From Paraspadella gotoi (lineage: Eukaryota; Animalia; Chaetognatha), in assembly GCA_051294375.1 (NCBI GenBank), contig CM119270.1, forward strand, positions 11,466,141 to 11,530,137: DNA of 63,997 nt, read 5' to 3'. Below the pieces are notes generated by a model. The model did no database searches, was not told where the DNA came from, and saw nothing but the letters and a program-made list of their open reading frames with translations. The stretch's first letter is position 1; each line of letters opens with the position of its first letter. Positions 27,181-41,153 of this stretch are shown here, in pieces. The translations under genes and the position numbers were made by a program.

Positions 27181-28089
27181 AGCAGTTTTCTTTTTCATCT
27201 CATCCCATTGAGGTCGACACCATTTTTCAAGCAGGGTTCTAAATTTCAGGCAAAAGTCACGCCTTTTCTCGCTTTATGTGCAGCAAACTCGTACAAAGTT
27301 TGACGAGAGAGATGTAAAGATGTGAAAATGTGAAGATGTGAGGATGCGAAGTAGTAAAGTTGTGAAAATGCCAAAATATAAAGATGAGAAGATATGAAGT
27401 CGAAGATCCGCTGAGATTAAATCGATGCTTATCTTCAAAAATACATAATCCTTCATCAAAATTTCTCCGAAAGAAATACGCTGTATTTACGTCCTCGGCC
27501 AACATTAAAAAAAAAAGGGAATTTTCGACTTCTAAATCGGTTAGGGTCAGAACAGAGTTGACCAATGCCCACGTCCCGACGGGTAAACAACAAACACAAC
27601 CCGGTTCGCTCGCTTCTTTTTCCCCTCCTCCTCATTCCTCTCTTCCTTCTCTTCCTCCTCTTTCTCTTTTCAAGAAAATCATATACTCTCCTTCTTCATG
27701 TTCCTCATTCTTTTCCTCCTCCTCCTCCTCCTCCTCCTCCTTCTCCTCCTTCTCCCCCTACTCCTCCTTCTCCCCCTCCTCCTCTTCCTCTTCCTCCTAT
27801 TCACTCTGACCGAAATTTCGGTTAAAAAAAGAAAACCTCTGAAGATTTACGTATCTTCCTTTTCGTTCCTTTTTTCCTTTTTATTTTCTTTTCTCTCTTC
27901 CCGGTTATTTGTTCCAATATAAAACAAAGAAAGAGAAAGAAAAAAAATCGGGGAAAACGAGGAGCGATGGGAAATTGGTCTCGTGGCAACCGTAGACGCA
28001 AAAACGGAAAGGTGTTGCAGCGTGGGTGAGAGAGAGGAGGAGAGAGGAGACGGGGAGAGGTGAGGGGAAGGTGAGGGAGAGAGAGAGGA

Positions 28090-28131
28090 TGAAAGAAAAA
28101 AGAATGAAAGAAAGAAGAAAGAAAGAAAGAA

Positions 28132-28183
<52 letters not shown>

Positions 28184-28209
28184 AAAGAAGAAAGAAAGAT
28201 AAGAAAGAT

Positions 28210-28248
<39 letters not shown>
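28090..28248 (+). repeat. (AAAG)n followed by (GA)n microsatellite; representative of dozens of (GA)n/(CT)n/(CGT)n tracts in the window
   Basis: Directly visible. These tracts generate the RERE, SLSL and FFLS pseudo-ORFs. Confidence 0.9.
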
Positions 28249-28251
<3 letters not shown>

Positions 28252-29462
28252 CGCGGCGAAAAAACAATGGAACGAATTGCACAAAAGAAAATTCCATCGG
28301 TGTGAATCTGAAGGCGAATTACTAGTCTCACGTGATCAGCGACGACGACGACGACACCGACGATCACAATGAATGCCTCAACAACCGTGACTCTCTGCCT
28401 CCCCCCTCTTTCCTTTTGATTCCAATGCGATCATCGACCGTGGCATCGATTCCGCGCTGATGGCATGGGGCGAGTGGCAACCAACGGTCGGCAACGAGAA
28501 TGGCGTCTCGACCGGTGAATGGCAACGCGCGAACGGCATAGGGGAGAACGAATGGCACCACGGGGCCTAGATTACCATCTGCTAACATTCCATCGAAGGT
28601 TGAGAAATGTCGTTACTCTGGTTTTAGATTTTAGTAATTAATTGATTTAATTAAAAGTTGTTTTAATAGTAGGCTATGAAGGATTCACCAATCTCACCAC
28701 AAAATTTAAAGACTACGAATTGGTAAACGAGTGGGGGTCAAACCTCGTCTTTAATGTAATTAATGATTTTACTTTCCTTTTCTCGATAATAAACCCAAGT
28801 GATTTTTGATCATTTTTACAATAATTTTAAATCCATCATTCTATCTAAAACAAGCAAAAACGTGATCAAGCAGACGAAAAATATTTTTCTTTCAATGACA
28901 AGAAGAAAACTGATCGACTTCACAAACTTCAAAGTCAATCGCCGAAACTAAAAAAACTCCGAACAGAAAATTTTGACTTAAAAAATTAAAATTGTAACAT
29001 TTCAAATTATCTTAAAAACGAAAAAAAAAAACTTGTCTGTCACAGAAAGAAACAGAATCTTGTTGAACAAGGAGAACGTGACAGTTTTTAAACTGGAGGG
29101 AAAAGTTAGACTCGAAGAAAATGCGCGCGAGTCATGAAAATATGCAAATTCCTCATTAAAATTCATCTTAGAAAAAAAAAAGAAATCCAAAAAAAATTAT
29201 TTTTTTTCTTTTAAAATTAGTTTTTTACTGAAAAAAAGTTTTTATAGGAAAAAATTCAAAAACTGGAGGAAACTAATTTTTTTTCTTCGTAAATTAATTT
29301 GAGAGAATTTAAAAAAAATTTTATTGAACAAAAAAAATTTGGTTGAAAACCAAATTGAATTTCGATATCCTAAGAATTTTTTACATTTTTTGACCGAGGC
29401 TTTACTTTTTAATGAATTTTACATTGTTTTGGCGTTAACAGCTCTGGGTTTATTAAAAAAAA

Positions 29463-29535
<73 letters not shown>

Positions 29536-29864
29536 GAGAATGACTGACTAAACTTTTTAGAACACGCCCCCTTCACGATCTTAATTTATTTATTAGCCCC
29601 GACGACCACAAGCGGCGGGCGGGGGAGACGTCGGTCGGGCGGACATTGTCGGGTAGCCTTCCATCTGGCACGCACGGAAACGCGTCGGGCAGCGCGTCTT
29701 TTGATTTCTTTTTTCAGGTGAAGAATCGCAGGAGCGGAAAGCACGGCGAGCGACGCGGCAACCCCCAATGGTAACTTCAATCTCATTTGCATATTCGAGC
29801 ATTTGTCGTCCTAGAGAAGCGCGAGAAAGGGATCTGCCAGAGACGAAAGACTTAGTGAGGGAGG

Positions 29865-29957
<93 letters not shown>

Positions 29958-30193
29958 TCGAAAAACAAAAGCTGGTCGTCGTAATCTGAAAGTCGAGTTG
30001 CCAAACAAAGACCTTGAATTCGTATTAATTCATGTAACGGAGTTACATTGAAAATTTGGTTACTCATCTCAGCAGTTTTCGGCCAGAAGAACGTGAATGA
30101 CCCATAAAGAAGATGCCCGGAAGGAGAAAGGGCGACCGTGACAAATCCGCGACTTCTCGGAAACCGTGACTAAAAGCGTGACGTAACTTAAAT

Positions 30194-30309
<116 letters not shown>

Positions 30310-30513
30310 AGAAGAAGAATAAAAAATGAGGCGCGAGCCGGGGAGCAACGCCAACTAGAAAAGAAAAATAACCAAACTTGAATAGGAAGACAAAGAAAAA
30401 GAAAAAAGAAGAAAGCAAGAAAGAAGAAAGAAAGTAAAAAAGGATTGGAAACGAAAAACGATAACTGGTGATGAGGCCGCAGGTATGTGCTCAACAAAAC
30501 TCAAATCAAAAAA

Positions 30514-30590
<77 letters not shown>

Positions 30591-30984
30591 AGAGGAATGC
30601 ACATATAGAGTGAATGACAACAAATAGTATTGAAGGCAATGAGTGAGTGGTGCTCGTTATCCTTTTGTATTCCCTACAATAATGACAAATACGAAAGAAT
30701 CTAACTTGATATATTTTTCATTCAGGTTTTTGGGTGTCATATTTTTTTTTTGCACAGGATTGTAAAGTGAAAAATGATTTATAATATTTTTTTTTTCTCA
30801 AGGCAACCATTTGATAATTATAAAAAATTAGTAAAGGATTACTTGTTTCACTACATTAGACTAATTATCAAATGATTGTAAACTATTTATAAGAAACAAA
30901 GGGAGTAAAGAATTCGGAACGATGAGGAAAAAATGGAGAAGAGAAATGGGACGAGAAGGCTCGAGGGCGGATCAGCTTCCCACG

Positions 30985-31106
30985 CGTATTTGTCATTATT
31001 GTAGGGAATACAAAAGGATAACGAGCACCACTCACTCATTGCCTCAAATACTATTTGTTGTATTCACTCTATATGTGCATTTTCCTTCTTCCTTCTCTTT
31101 TCTCTC

Positions 31107-31141
<35 letters not shown>

Positions 31142-31385
31142 TCTGTCTCTTTTTTTTTGATTTGAGTTGTTGTTGAGCACATACCTGCCGGCCTCATCAC
31201 ACAGTTTATCGTTTTTTCGTTTCCAATCCTTGTTTTTTACTTTCTTTTTCTTTCTTGCTTTCTTCTTTTTTCTTTTCTTTTGTCTTCCTATTCAAGTTTT
31301 GGTTATTTTTTCTATTTCTAGTTGGCGTTGCTCCCCGGCTCGCGCCTCATTTTTATTCTTCTTCTCTCTCTCTCTCTCTCTCCTC

Positions 31386-31462
<77 letters not shown>

Positions 31463-32124
31463 TCTCTCTCTCTCTCTCTCTATTTAAGTTACGTCACGCT
31501 TTTAGTCACGGTTTCGAGAGTCGCGGAATTGTCACGGTTCGCCCTTTCTCCTTCCGGGATTCTATCTTTATGGGTCCATTCACGTTTCTGGGCCGAAAAC
31601 TGCTGAGCATTGAGTAACCAAATTTTTCAATGTAACTCCGTTACATGAATTAATACGAATTCAAGGTCTTTTTTTTGGCAACTCGACTTTCTAATTACGA
31701 CGAACCAAGCTTTTGTTTTTCGAACTCTCTCTCCTCTCTTCTCCTCTCTCTCTCTCTCTCTTCTCTCTTCTCATCTCTACTCTCTCTCTCTCTCTCTCTC
31801 TCTCGGCTCCCTCACTAAGTCTTTTCGTTCTCTGGCAGATCCCTTTTCTCCGCGCTTTCTCTAGGACGACAAATGCTCGAATATGCAAATGAGTTGAAGT
31901 ACCATTGGGGGTTGCCGCGTCGCTCGCCGTGCTTTCCGCTCCTGCGATCTTCACCTGAAAAAAGAAAATCAAAAGACCGCGCTGCCGACGCGTCCGTGCG
32001 TGCCAGATGGAAGGCTACCGACAATGTCCGCCCGACCCGACGTCTCCCCCGCCCGCCGCTTGTGGTCGTCGGGGCTAATAAATAAATTAAGATCGTGAAG
32101 GGGCGTGTTCTAAAAAGTTTAGTC

Positions 32125-32202
<78 letters not shown>

Positions 32203-33441
32203 TCTCTCTCTCTTTTCCTTTTTTTTAATAAACCCAGAGCTGTTAACGCCAAAACAATGTAAAATTCATTAAAAAGTAAAGCCTCGGTCAAAAAAATGTA
32301 AAAAATTCTTAGGATATCGAAATTCAATTTGGTTTTCAACCAAATTTTTTTTTGTTCAATAAAATTTTTTTTAAAATTCTCTCAAATTAATTTACGAAGA
32401 AAAAAAATTAGTTTCTCCAGTTTTTTGAATTTTTTCCTATAAAAAACTTTTTTTCAGTAAAAAACTAATTTTAAAAGAAAAAATAATTTTTTTTTGGATT
32501 TCTTTTTTTTTTCTAAGATGAATTTTAATGAGGAATTTGCATATTTTCATGACTCGCGCCATTTTCTTCGAGTCTAACTTTTCCCTCCAGTATTAAAAAA
32601 ACTGTCACGTTCTCCTTGTTCAACAAGATTCTGTTTCTTTCTGTGACAGACAAGTTTTTTTTTTTCGTTTTTAAGATAATTTGAAATGTTACAATTTAAT
32701 TTTTAAGTCAAAATTTTCTGTTCGGAGTTTTTTTAGTTTCGGCGATTGACTTTGAAGTTTGTGAAGTCGATCAGTTTTCTTCTTGTCATTGAAAGAAAAA
32801 TATTTTTCGTTCTGCTTGATCACGTTTTTGCTTGTTTTAGATAGAATGATGGATTTAAAATTATTGTAAAAATGATCAAAAATCACTTCGGTTTATTATC
32901 GAGAAAAAGGAAAGTAAAATCATTTAATTACATTAAAGACGAGGTTTGACCCCCACTCGTTTACCAATTCGTAGTTCTTTAAATTTTGTGGTGAGATTGG
33001 TGAATCCTTCATAGCCTACTATTAAAACAACTTTTAATTAAAATCAATTAATTACTAAAATCTAAAACCATGAGTAAACGACATTCTCACCTTCGATGGA
33101 ATGTTAGCAGATGTAATCTAGGCCCCGTCGGTGCCATTTCGTTCTCCCCTATGCCGTTCGCGCGTTGCCATTCACCGGTCGAGACGCCATTCTCGTTGCC
33201 GACCGTTTGGTTGCCACTCGCCCCATGCCATCAGCGCGGAATCGATGCCACGGTCGATGATCGCATTGGAATCAAAAGGAAGAGGGGGGAGGCAGAGAGT
33301 CACGGTTGTTGAGGCATTCATTGTGCATCGTCGGTGTCGTCGTCGTCGTCGCTGATCACGTGAGACTAGTAATTCGCCTTCAGATTCACACCGATGGAAT
33401 TTTCTTTTGTGCAATTCGTTCCATTGTTTTTTTCGCCGCGG

Positions 33442-33486
<45 letters not shown>

Positions 33487-33487
33487 A

Positions 33488-33527
<40 letters not shown>

Positions 33528-33540
33528 TATCTTTCTTTTT

Positions 33541-33620
<80 letters not shown>

Positions 33621-34546
33621 TTTCTTTCTTCTTCATCCTCTCTCTCTCCCTCACCTTCCCCTCACCTCTCCCCGTCTCCCTCTCTCTCTCTCTCTCACCT
33701 GCAACACCTTTCCGTTTTTGCGTCTACGGTTGCCACGAGACCAATTTCCCATCGCTCCTCGTTTTCCCCGATTTTTTTTTTTCTCTTTCTTTGTTTTATT
33801 ATTGAACAAATAACCGGAAGAGAGGAAAAGAAAATAAAAAGGAAAAAAGGAACGAAAAGGAAGATACGTAAATCTTCAGAGTTTCTTTTTTAACCGAAAT
33901 TTCGGTCAGAGTGAATAGGAGGAAGAGGAAGAGGAGGGGGAGAAGGAGGAGTAGGGGGAGAAGGAGGAGAAGGAGAGGAGGAGGAGGAGGAGGAGGAAAA
34001 AGAATGAGGAACATGAAGAAGGAGAGTATATGATTTTCTTGAAAAGAGAAGAGGAGGAAGAGAAGGAAGAGAGGAATGAGGAGGAGGCGGAAAAAGAGCG
34101 AGCGAACCGGGTTGTGTTGTTGTTTACCCGTCGGCGACGTGGGCATTGGTCAACTCTGTTCTGACCCTAACCGATTTAGAAGTCGAAAATTCCCTTTTTT
34201 TTTTAATGTTGGCCCGAGGACGTAAATACAGCGTATTTCTTTCGGAGAAATTTTGATGAAGGATTATGTATTTTTGAAGATAAGCATCGATTTAATCTCA
34301 GCGGAATCTTCGACTTCATATCTTCTTCATCTTTATATTTGGCATTTTCACAACTTTACTACTTCGCATCCTCACATCTTCACATTTTCACATCTTTACA
34401 TCTCTCTCGTCAAACTTTGTACGAGTTTGGCTGCACATAAAGCCGAGAAAAGGCGTGACTTTTGCCTGAAATTTAGAACCCTGCTTGAACAAATGGTGTC
34501 GACCTCAATGGGATGAGATGAAAAAGAAGAAGTGCTGAAGAGAGAG

Positions 34547-34616
<70 letters not shown>

Positions 34617-37600
34617 GACAGCGGCTGAAGGTAAACAACAAAAAGAAATGAAAGAAGGAAATATAAAAACATAAAGAAGAAAAACGATAGAAGAAAGAAA
34701 AAAAGAAAAAGAAAAAACGAAAGAAATAGAAAAAAAGAAAGAAATAAAGAAAAGAAAGAAAGAAACTAGGAAGGAAAGGATATTAAGGAAAAGAAAGAAA
34801 GAACGAAAAAGAAAGAAAGAAAATAAGACAACGAGCGTCTAAAATTCATTTTCTTAGATTCTTTTCTCCTTTAATTTTCTTTTTTCCCCTTTTTTTCGTT
34901 CATGTTTGTTAGATGGCGTTTTTCTTTTCTTTTCACGCCCGTTGAATTCAGCTGATTTTGCCCTTAAAGTAATTCTTCTCGAAATTAGAACAAAACAATA
35001 ACAAAAATAACATATTCACAGAACATGCTCAGATTTTTCTTTTTTGAATGTTTTTAGATGCAAATCTTAACTTTCATATTAGGGCTTAAAACGAGAAAAG
35101 TTTAGATGTGGTGGGGCGGGTTTCTGTTTTATCTCAGCCAAACATCTTCTTTACCTGAGAAAATGACTGGAAGCTTCAGAGAATTCGAAACGTTTAACAT
35201 TCGGTGGCCGGTTCATATCTTGATATTAATGTTCCTAAATTTGAATTTATATTTGTTTAATTTCTAATTATAAAACCATACTTACTATATAGTAGAGTGG
35301 ATCACTGAGGAACATACATTTTATTTGAACTGAACAAGATGTGAGATGTATTATTAAGCAGTACAAAAAATATTTTGCTTATATTGTTTGGAAAATATAT
35401 TTATAGTAATATCCTTACAAATAATAAAATTTTAAATTATTTTTTTAAAAAAATTTTTATTAAAGATTCTGATTCTAGATAAAAAGTTAATCATAAAAAT
35501 ATAAATATGTTAAAAAAGGTCAAAATTTCTTACTTTTTTATGACTCTGTAATAGAAACTATTATATGATGAAACGTTTTAGTCATTTTTCGCAACTTAAA
35601 CCTAGGAAATATCAGAAAGTATATTTCCTAAACGTTTTTTTTATATTTTTCCAGCGAATCCGAAACTGATTTAAAAATTGAAAAAATATGATTTTGAAAT
35701 TTTATGATTTTATAATGATATACTTTGTATTATTTTATTTTGATTATATTACTATAAAAAAATTCATTTATGATACTGATATGCAAATTTTTTTTGTAAA
35801 AGAGGTTAATTATATTTTTGTTATATCTCAAAGGTAGAAATACCCTAGTAATTAGTTTTTAATATTTATTTATAGAATATTTAAATTTTAAATTTAATAA
35901 ATAAAGAAATAAAAAAAAATTTAAATGCTATATACATTAGCATTTTAAATTTTATCGGCTATGGCTAACAAAGGCAGTAAAATAACATCGTTCAATCTTT
36001 TCCTCATCCACCCTACTAAATAGTAATGGCTGTTTTTTTTTTAAATTAAAAAAAACTTGAGTCTATTAACCATTTTTTAATTTCTGGGCCTCCTTTCTCC
36101 CTGCTTAGTTTCTTTATCCAAATATCTCGCTTGCTCCTTTCCCAAACGCTTTCAAAAAAATTCTTTTGAAAGCTTCAGTATAAAAATGGAGCCTTAAAAC
36201 CACACAGACAAACTCAGAGCGAGAGGGAAAAAGAAAATTGGCCAAGTTTCTCTTTGTTTTCATTTCGCTTGTCATTTCATTTGTTTACGTCGACTAATGA
36301 TGCTGGTAACTATTTTTCGTTTATCTTCGGCGAATAATTTAATTTTTTTTCAAAACAAATGAATAAAATAATGAAATTTAAACGATTGTCTTTTGTCTCG
36401 AGGAAAAAAAATATCAATGCGATTCCATTTTTTTTTTTTCGTCAAAAGATAAAAAAATTGAGATGAAAAAAAGCAGGAATGAAAGATAAGGCCGGGACAG
36501 TAAAGTTTTTCTTAATTGAAAGTTGAGAATTTAAAACCGGAGAAGAGATAGAGGGAAAAGAGGAAAGAGAGAGCAGCGAGAGCAGAAGAGAACCATCTGT
36601 GCCAATTCTTTGAAGGCAATGAAAGACGTTTCGTCGGAAGGACATCAAAGAGAAAAGGGAAGAAATAAAAAAATAATTCCCCGGGTTTTAAAAAGCGCTT
36701 CAAAATTCAAGGGAGGTCGTAGAAAATCAATAAAACTGAGAGAAAATATGACCGTTTGCATATATTTTGATTATATAAATCATCATATCCTATAAACAAG
36801 AAGTAAATTGGTAATCTACGCGCTCTCAAGAGTAGATTTACAGAGAGAAGGCCATATTACATTGATTATACGTTTACTTGTGGTAAAAATTATCATTTTT
36901 TTTCCTCACATCCTTTTTTTTTTTACTAAATTCCGCCCCTTACTTTAAACGACTGAAAATAGGGAAAAAACTGAAAGAGGCGACGACCGACGACGACGAC
37001 GACGACGACGATGAGACGTGAATACATGAAATCACCGGAAAAAAAAGGAAAAAAGAAAGAAAAATGACCGAAGGACATCGAAAACGGGGATCGAAAAGTT
37101 GACGGGACGTGGACCTCAATCTGTGCCGAGCGACTCAATGGCAAAGGGTGATGGCGAGTATGGTTGGTGGGAAGCGGAAATGGTAGATGGTTCGGGGCTA
37201 AGAGACGAGTACGTGGGAAGTGAGCAGAACTGGCGAAAAGATTTAATGAGGCGGGAAAGAAGGACAATCGATATGAGTGCATGTTATATTTAGTTTATTA
37301 GCTCAATAGCATTTTAGCTTATTTTAGCTATTTAGCTTATTAGCCCTATGAACTTATGTAACTTTATGAAACTTATGAACTTATGAGCCTTATGAGCTTT
37401 ATGAGCTAATGAGCTTATTAGCTCATAGCCTATTAGCCTTAATAATTTACTGAATGAAATGGATAATTTTTAGCGTGGAAGCTACCAATTTCATTTGCTG
37501 CAAAACTAGATTCAATAAAAAAAGGAAGCTGTTATAATCCATGGCGCGGTGAGCTGAACAAAAAACAGAAGGTGGACAGTGAATTTCGTTAGGGAAGGGA

Positions 37601-38686
37601 GATTTTTGTTGTTTGGGGGGGGAGAGAGTTTTTAAGTTTTGATTTGGGCCGGGCGGTTATGGGGGCCTCGTGAAATGGAGACAAACATTTGTTTTAGTGA
37701 TATGTGATCACGGGTTGAAGACATATAATGGCGACGAAGGAATGGGATTGCGATGTCCGCGGCGAAAGCATTGTGGGGCAAAAGTGAACCTGAAGTAAGA
37801 TAAAAAAAAAAACAGAAAAATAAAATAAACTGGAAAGAATTTTTAAAGGATAACGAGTTTTTATCTAGCAAAAAATAATAATATATATATTGAGTATTTT
37901 AAAGAGAAATTGGAACAGGCGCTGGAACAAAAGACTTTAAAGAAAAAAGTTAAAAGACCAAAAAAATATAAAACCGTTAAAGAATCAGAATTTGTAAGTG
38001 AAGGAAGTATTTCGGAAGCAGATTATTGGGGAGAATATATTGAAGATACAGTAATTAACTGTTATGAGTTAATGACAGAAACCTGCTTCAATATAAGCAG
38101 TCCCTGAGCTTCGGATCAGGCTGTAACACGTGTTACAGGGCGGTTAAGCGCCTGTCCCACTTAACTGCCGAGTCGCGCCACCGGGCTAGAACCCCCGGAC
38201 CTTTGGGTTGGGAGGCGAATGACTTGCCTCCCGTTCCCCAAGTGCGTAGTGCTAATTAGTCCATCATAAATATTATGGATTTTTATAGTGTTGACTTTAA
38301 ATCATCATGATTAGTGCGTGTGAAAAAATATCCGACTGTGGAAGTAGTTTAACTTACTTAAAGTAAAAAAAACCTTATGGCCCCCTCAAACAGTGAGTTT
38401 ATCATTGACGGCCTTGCGTTAACGCCTTTGTACAATCACAAAGAAAAGACGGGAGTCATCGTAGTACTGTGAATTGCTCACCGAATGTTCACCTCACTAG
38501 CAAGCACAATTAAAAATGAGTAGTTCAAAAAGTTTTTCGCTCGAAATATTTATTGAAAAAAAGATTGAGCACTGATCCCAAAGAAAATATTAATATAAAA
38601 CTTAACTTTCATTTTTTCTTTTCATTTTAAATATGCCATATTTGAATTTGTAAAGATTTTTCAAATCATTTTCGTTATCGATTTTA
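30985..38686 (-). repeat. large inverted duplication, right arm
   Basis: Mirror of 23042-30693. It becomes more indel-rich with distance from the centre and ends 20 bp before a 25-N gap. Confidence 0.95.
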
Positions 38687-39159
38687 ATCCTCCTCTCCCT
38701 TTTTTNNNNNNNNNNNNNNNNNNNNNNNNNATAATGAAAGATATTATAAGTGAATAATGTTCATTGAAAAAAGAAACTATTGGTGTAAATTTGGTTAATG
38801 CGTGGCTATCCGTTAATAAGCATTGATATTTTAAAAGTAACTACTATGTTCTCAAACAGAATGTCAGAGCAGAAGAAAATTAGGGTATTTCTAACCTCTT
38901 GTGTTTGAGGTGCCGTAGCTCTGGAATGACTGGATCGATTTTCCATTAAGGTACGCATATGGATTCATATGGATTCATATAGAGTCTTTATTTCCCAATC
39001 ACAATTTTTTTTAAAACATAAATAAATGCCCATAAATTAAGGTTAAAAAGCATCTTTGGTTTTCGGAAAATCTTCAAAATTGTTTTTTTGTAGTGACTCA
39101 AATGACGAATGTTTTTGACCACTTGTCTTTCGGGAGCTTCAGCTCTTGAAAGCTTGGAC

Positions 39160-40105
39160 CGATTTTCTTTTAACTTACACATAATCAAAATCTACATTTT
39201 TCATCCATAAATTTTTATATGTGCGTAAAACGAGCGTAACTTAAGTTTGAAGAATGTCCTCTTTTCTTTGCACATGTCTGTACCACCAAACCGTATTCGT
39301 CACCTCCTCTCATGCAAAACATTTTCCGCAGTTTCTTTCAGAGTCGACCCAACAACAACAACGACAAAAACAACAACCCCCCGCGATTGTTCTCCGCGAA
39401 CCCATCGCCGCTGACATTCATGATCGCTTTGAAGACATCCTCTAACAGCCCGTCCCCGTGACATTCATGACATCCTTCATGACAATCTCCAACGACAATC
39501 TTTTCAAAGATTGACGCAAAACAGAGAAAGGAAAACACAACACTTGTCCGTCCGTTCTTTGATTCTCCTATAAGAGAGAGCAGGAGAAGAGAGAGAGAGC
39601 AGAGAAGAAGAGAGAGAAGAGAGAGAGTAGAGAGAGAGTAGAGAGATGAGAGAGAGAGAGAGAGAAAGTAGAATCAAAGAACGGACGGAACAAGGTCTTG
39701 TGTTTTAAACTTTCTCTGTTTTGGCGCAATCTTTGAAAAGATTGTCGTTGGAGATTGTCATTGAAATGTCATTGAATGTCACGGCGGACGTGGCTGTTAG
39801 AGGATGTCTCAAAGCGATCATAATGGTCAGCGGCGATGGGTTCGCGGAGAAGCAATCGCGGGGGGGTTGTTGTTTTTTGTCGTTGGTTGTGTGTTGGTGT
39901 CGACTTCTGAATAAAACTTATGCGGAAAAAAGTTTGCAGTGAGAGGAGGGTTATACGAATACAGGTTTGGTGGTACAGAAATCGTGCGAAAGAGAAAGAG
40001 ACATTCTTCACTAGAAGTTAGGCTCGTTTTACGCACATATAAAATTTATGGATAAAATGAATGTAGATTTGTTGGATTAAAATGTGTAATTATAAAGAAA
40101 ATTCG
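39160..40105. repeat. small fold-back: arms ~39160-39566 and ~39669-40105 around a degenerate (GA)n centre
   Basis: ccgtccgttctttgattct (left) mirrors agaatcaaagaacggacgg (right). The arms differ by many 1-nt indels and the right arm ends at a 25-N gap. Confidence 0.85.
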
Positions 40106-40637
40106 NNNNNNNNNNNNNNNNNNNNNNNNNAAATATACTTCTCAATCCATGAATGTGAATGGGAACGAATAGTCCTAATGTAGATAAATGAAATAACGGA
40201 GAAGGAATGGATCCAGGGCGAACACTAACGATGCGCCAAGCTGTGCCAGCGAACTGTCCTGGTGTGCGTCTCTGCGTTGTAATTTTCTCAATGTAATGGT
40301 GATGGAACTGAGGACATGCTAGGTATTTTAGTTTACAGATTGCTTATTTAGTAAATGACTGGATAATTTTTATATTGGTTGTATTAATTTTATAAGTAAA
40401 CGATTCTATTGGAAATCATATTTAGTTCGTTACGAGTTGGGCCGAATTCTTTGGGTTAATAATACTACAGACATAATCATTCGTTTAAATTATATACTCA
40501 TTCTTTACCGAATTTTTCACAACTTTTACACGGTCTTTGGTGAAATATTCACGCAGACTTTCCTTCCCAAGAAATTTTTATCGAGATTTTTACCGAGATT
40601 TTTTATGTAGGCAGTTCCGTCGCTTGACAGTTTTCAG

Positions 40638-40719
40638 TCTCTGTCTTTACGTCTTCCATCATTCACGAGTCGAAGCAGATGTGTGGCAGCCAGTCGCTGC
40701 TTTCGGATTAAAAGTGAAA
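40638..40719 (+). other. candidate orphan exon (82 nt)
   Basis: ttttcag| acceptor and AAA|gtaagt donor flank complex sequence that is open in two frames. No protein is recognised. Confidence 0.25.
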
Positions 40720-41116
40720 GTAAGTCTTTCCTTTTTCTTTTTTGTTTTCTTTTTTTTACTGATTTTTTTTCTTTAGAGACTTTTCTCTACACTTTCCAGG
40801 CGAAGTTTTTTTTTACAAAGTGAATGACTAAAACTCATTCCCTTTTGCATCTCCAATATATAGACAAAGAAAAAGACAAAGACGCGGCTTGAGTGATGTA
40901 GTCATTTGATAAAATAATTTAATTGTCTTCTTATGGCAAATAATTAATTATTATTTGGAGTCGGAAATTCTTTTTCAACCATTTACAATTACAATTGATA
41001 CTTTTACCCACCATAACCCTCTTCCTCTCATTCCTCGCTTCATCGAACAAAAAAGAAAAAAAGAAAAAAAGGTTGGAATTAATCTTGTTCGCGAGTTCCG
41101 GAATGAGTTAAGAGAG

Positions 41117-41153
<37 letters not shown>

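Noticed and set aside
29660-29690. GAAACGCGTC as a second hammerhead half
   Set aside because: There is no upstream CUGANGA box, and the mirror copy lacks the AAA.
38687-38705. atcctcctctccctttttt as a noisy SMRTbell adapter remnant
   Set aside because: It is too short and low-complexity, and could equally be a noisy continuation of the arm.
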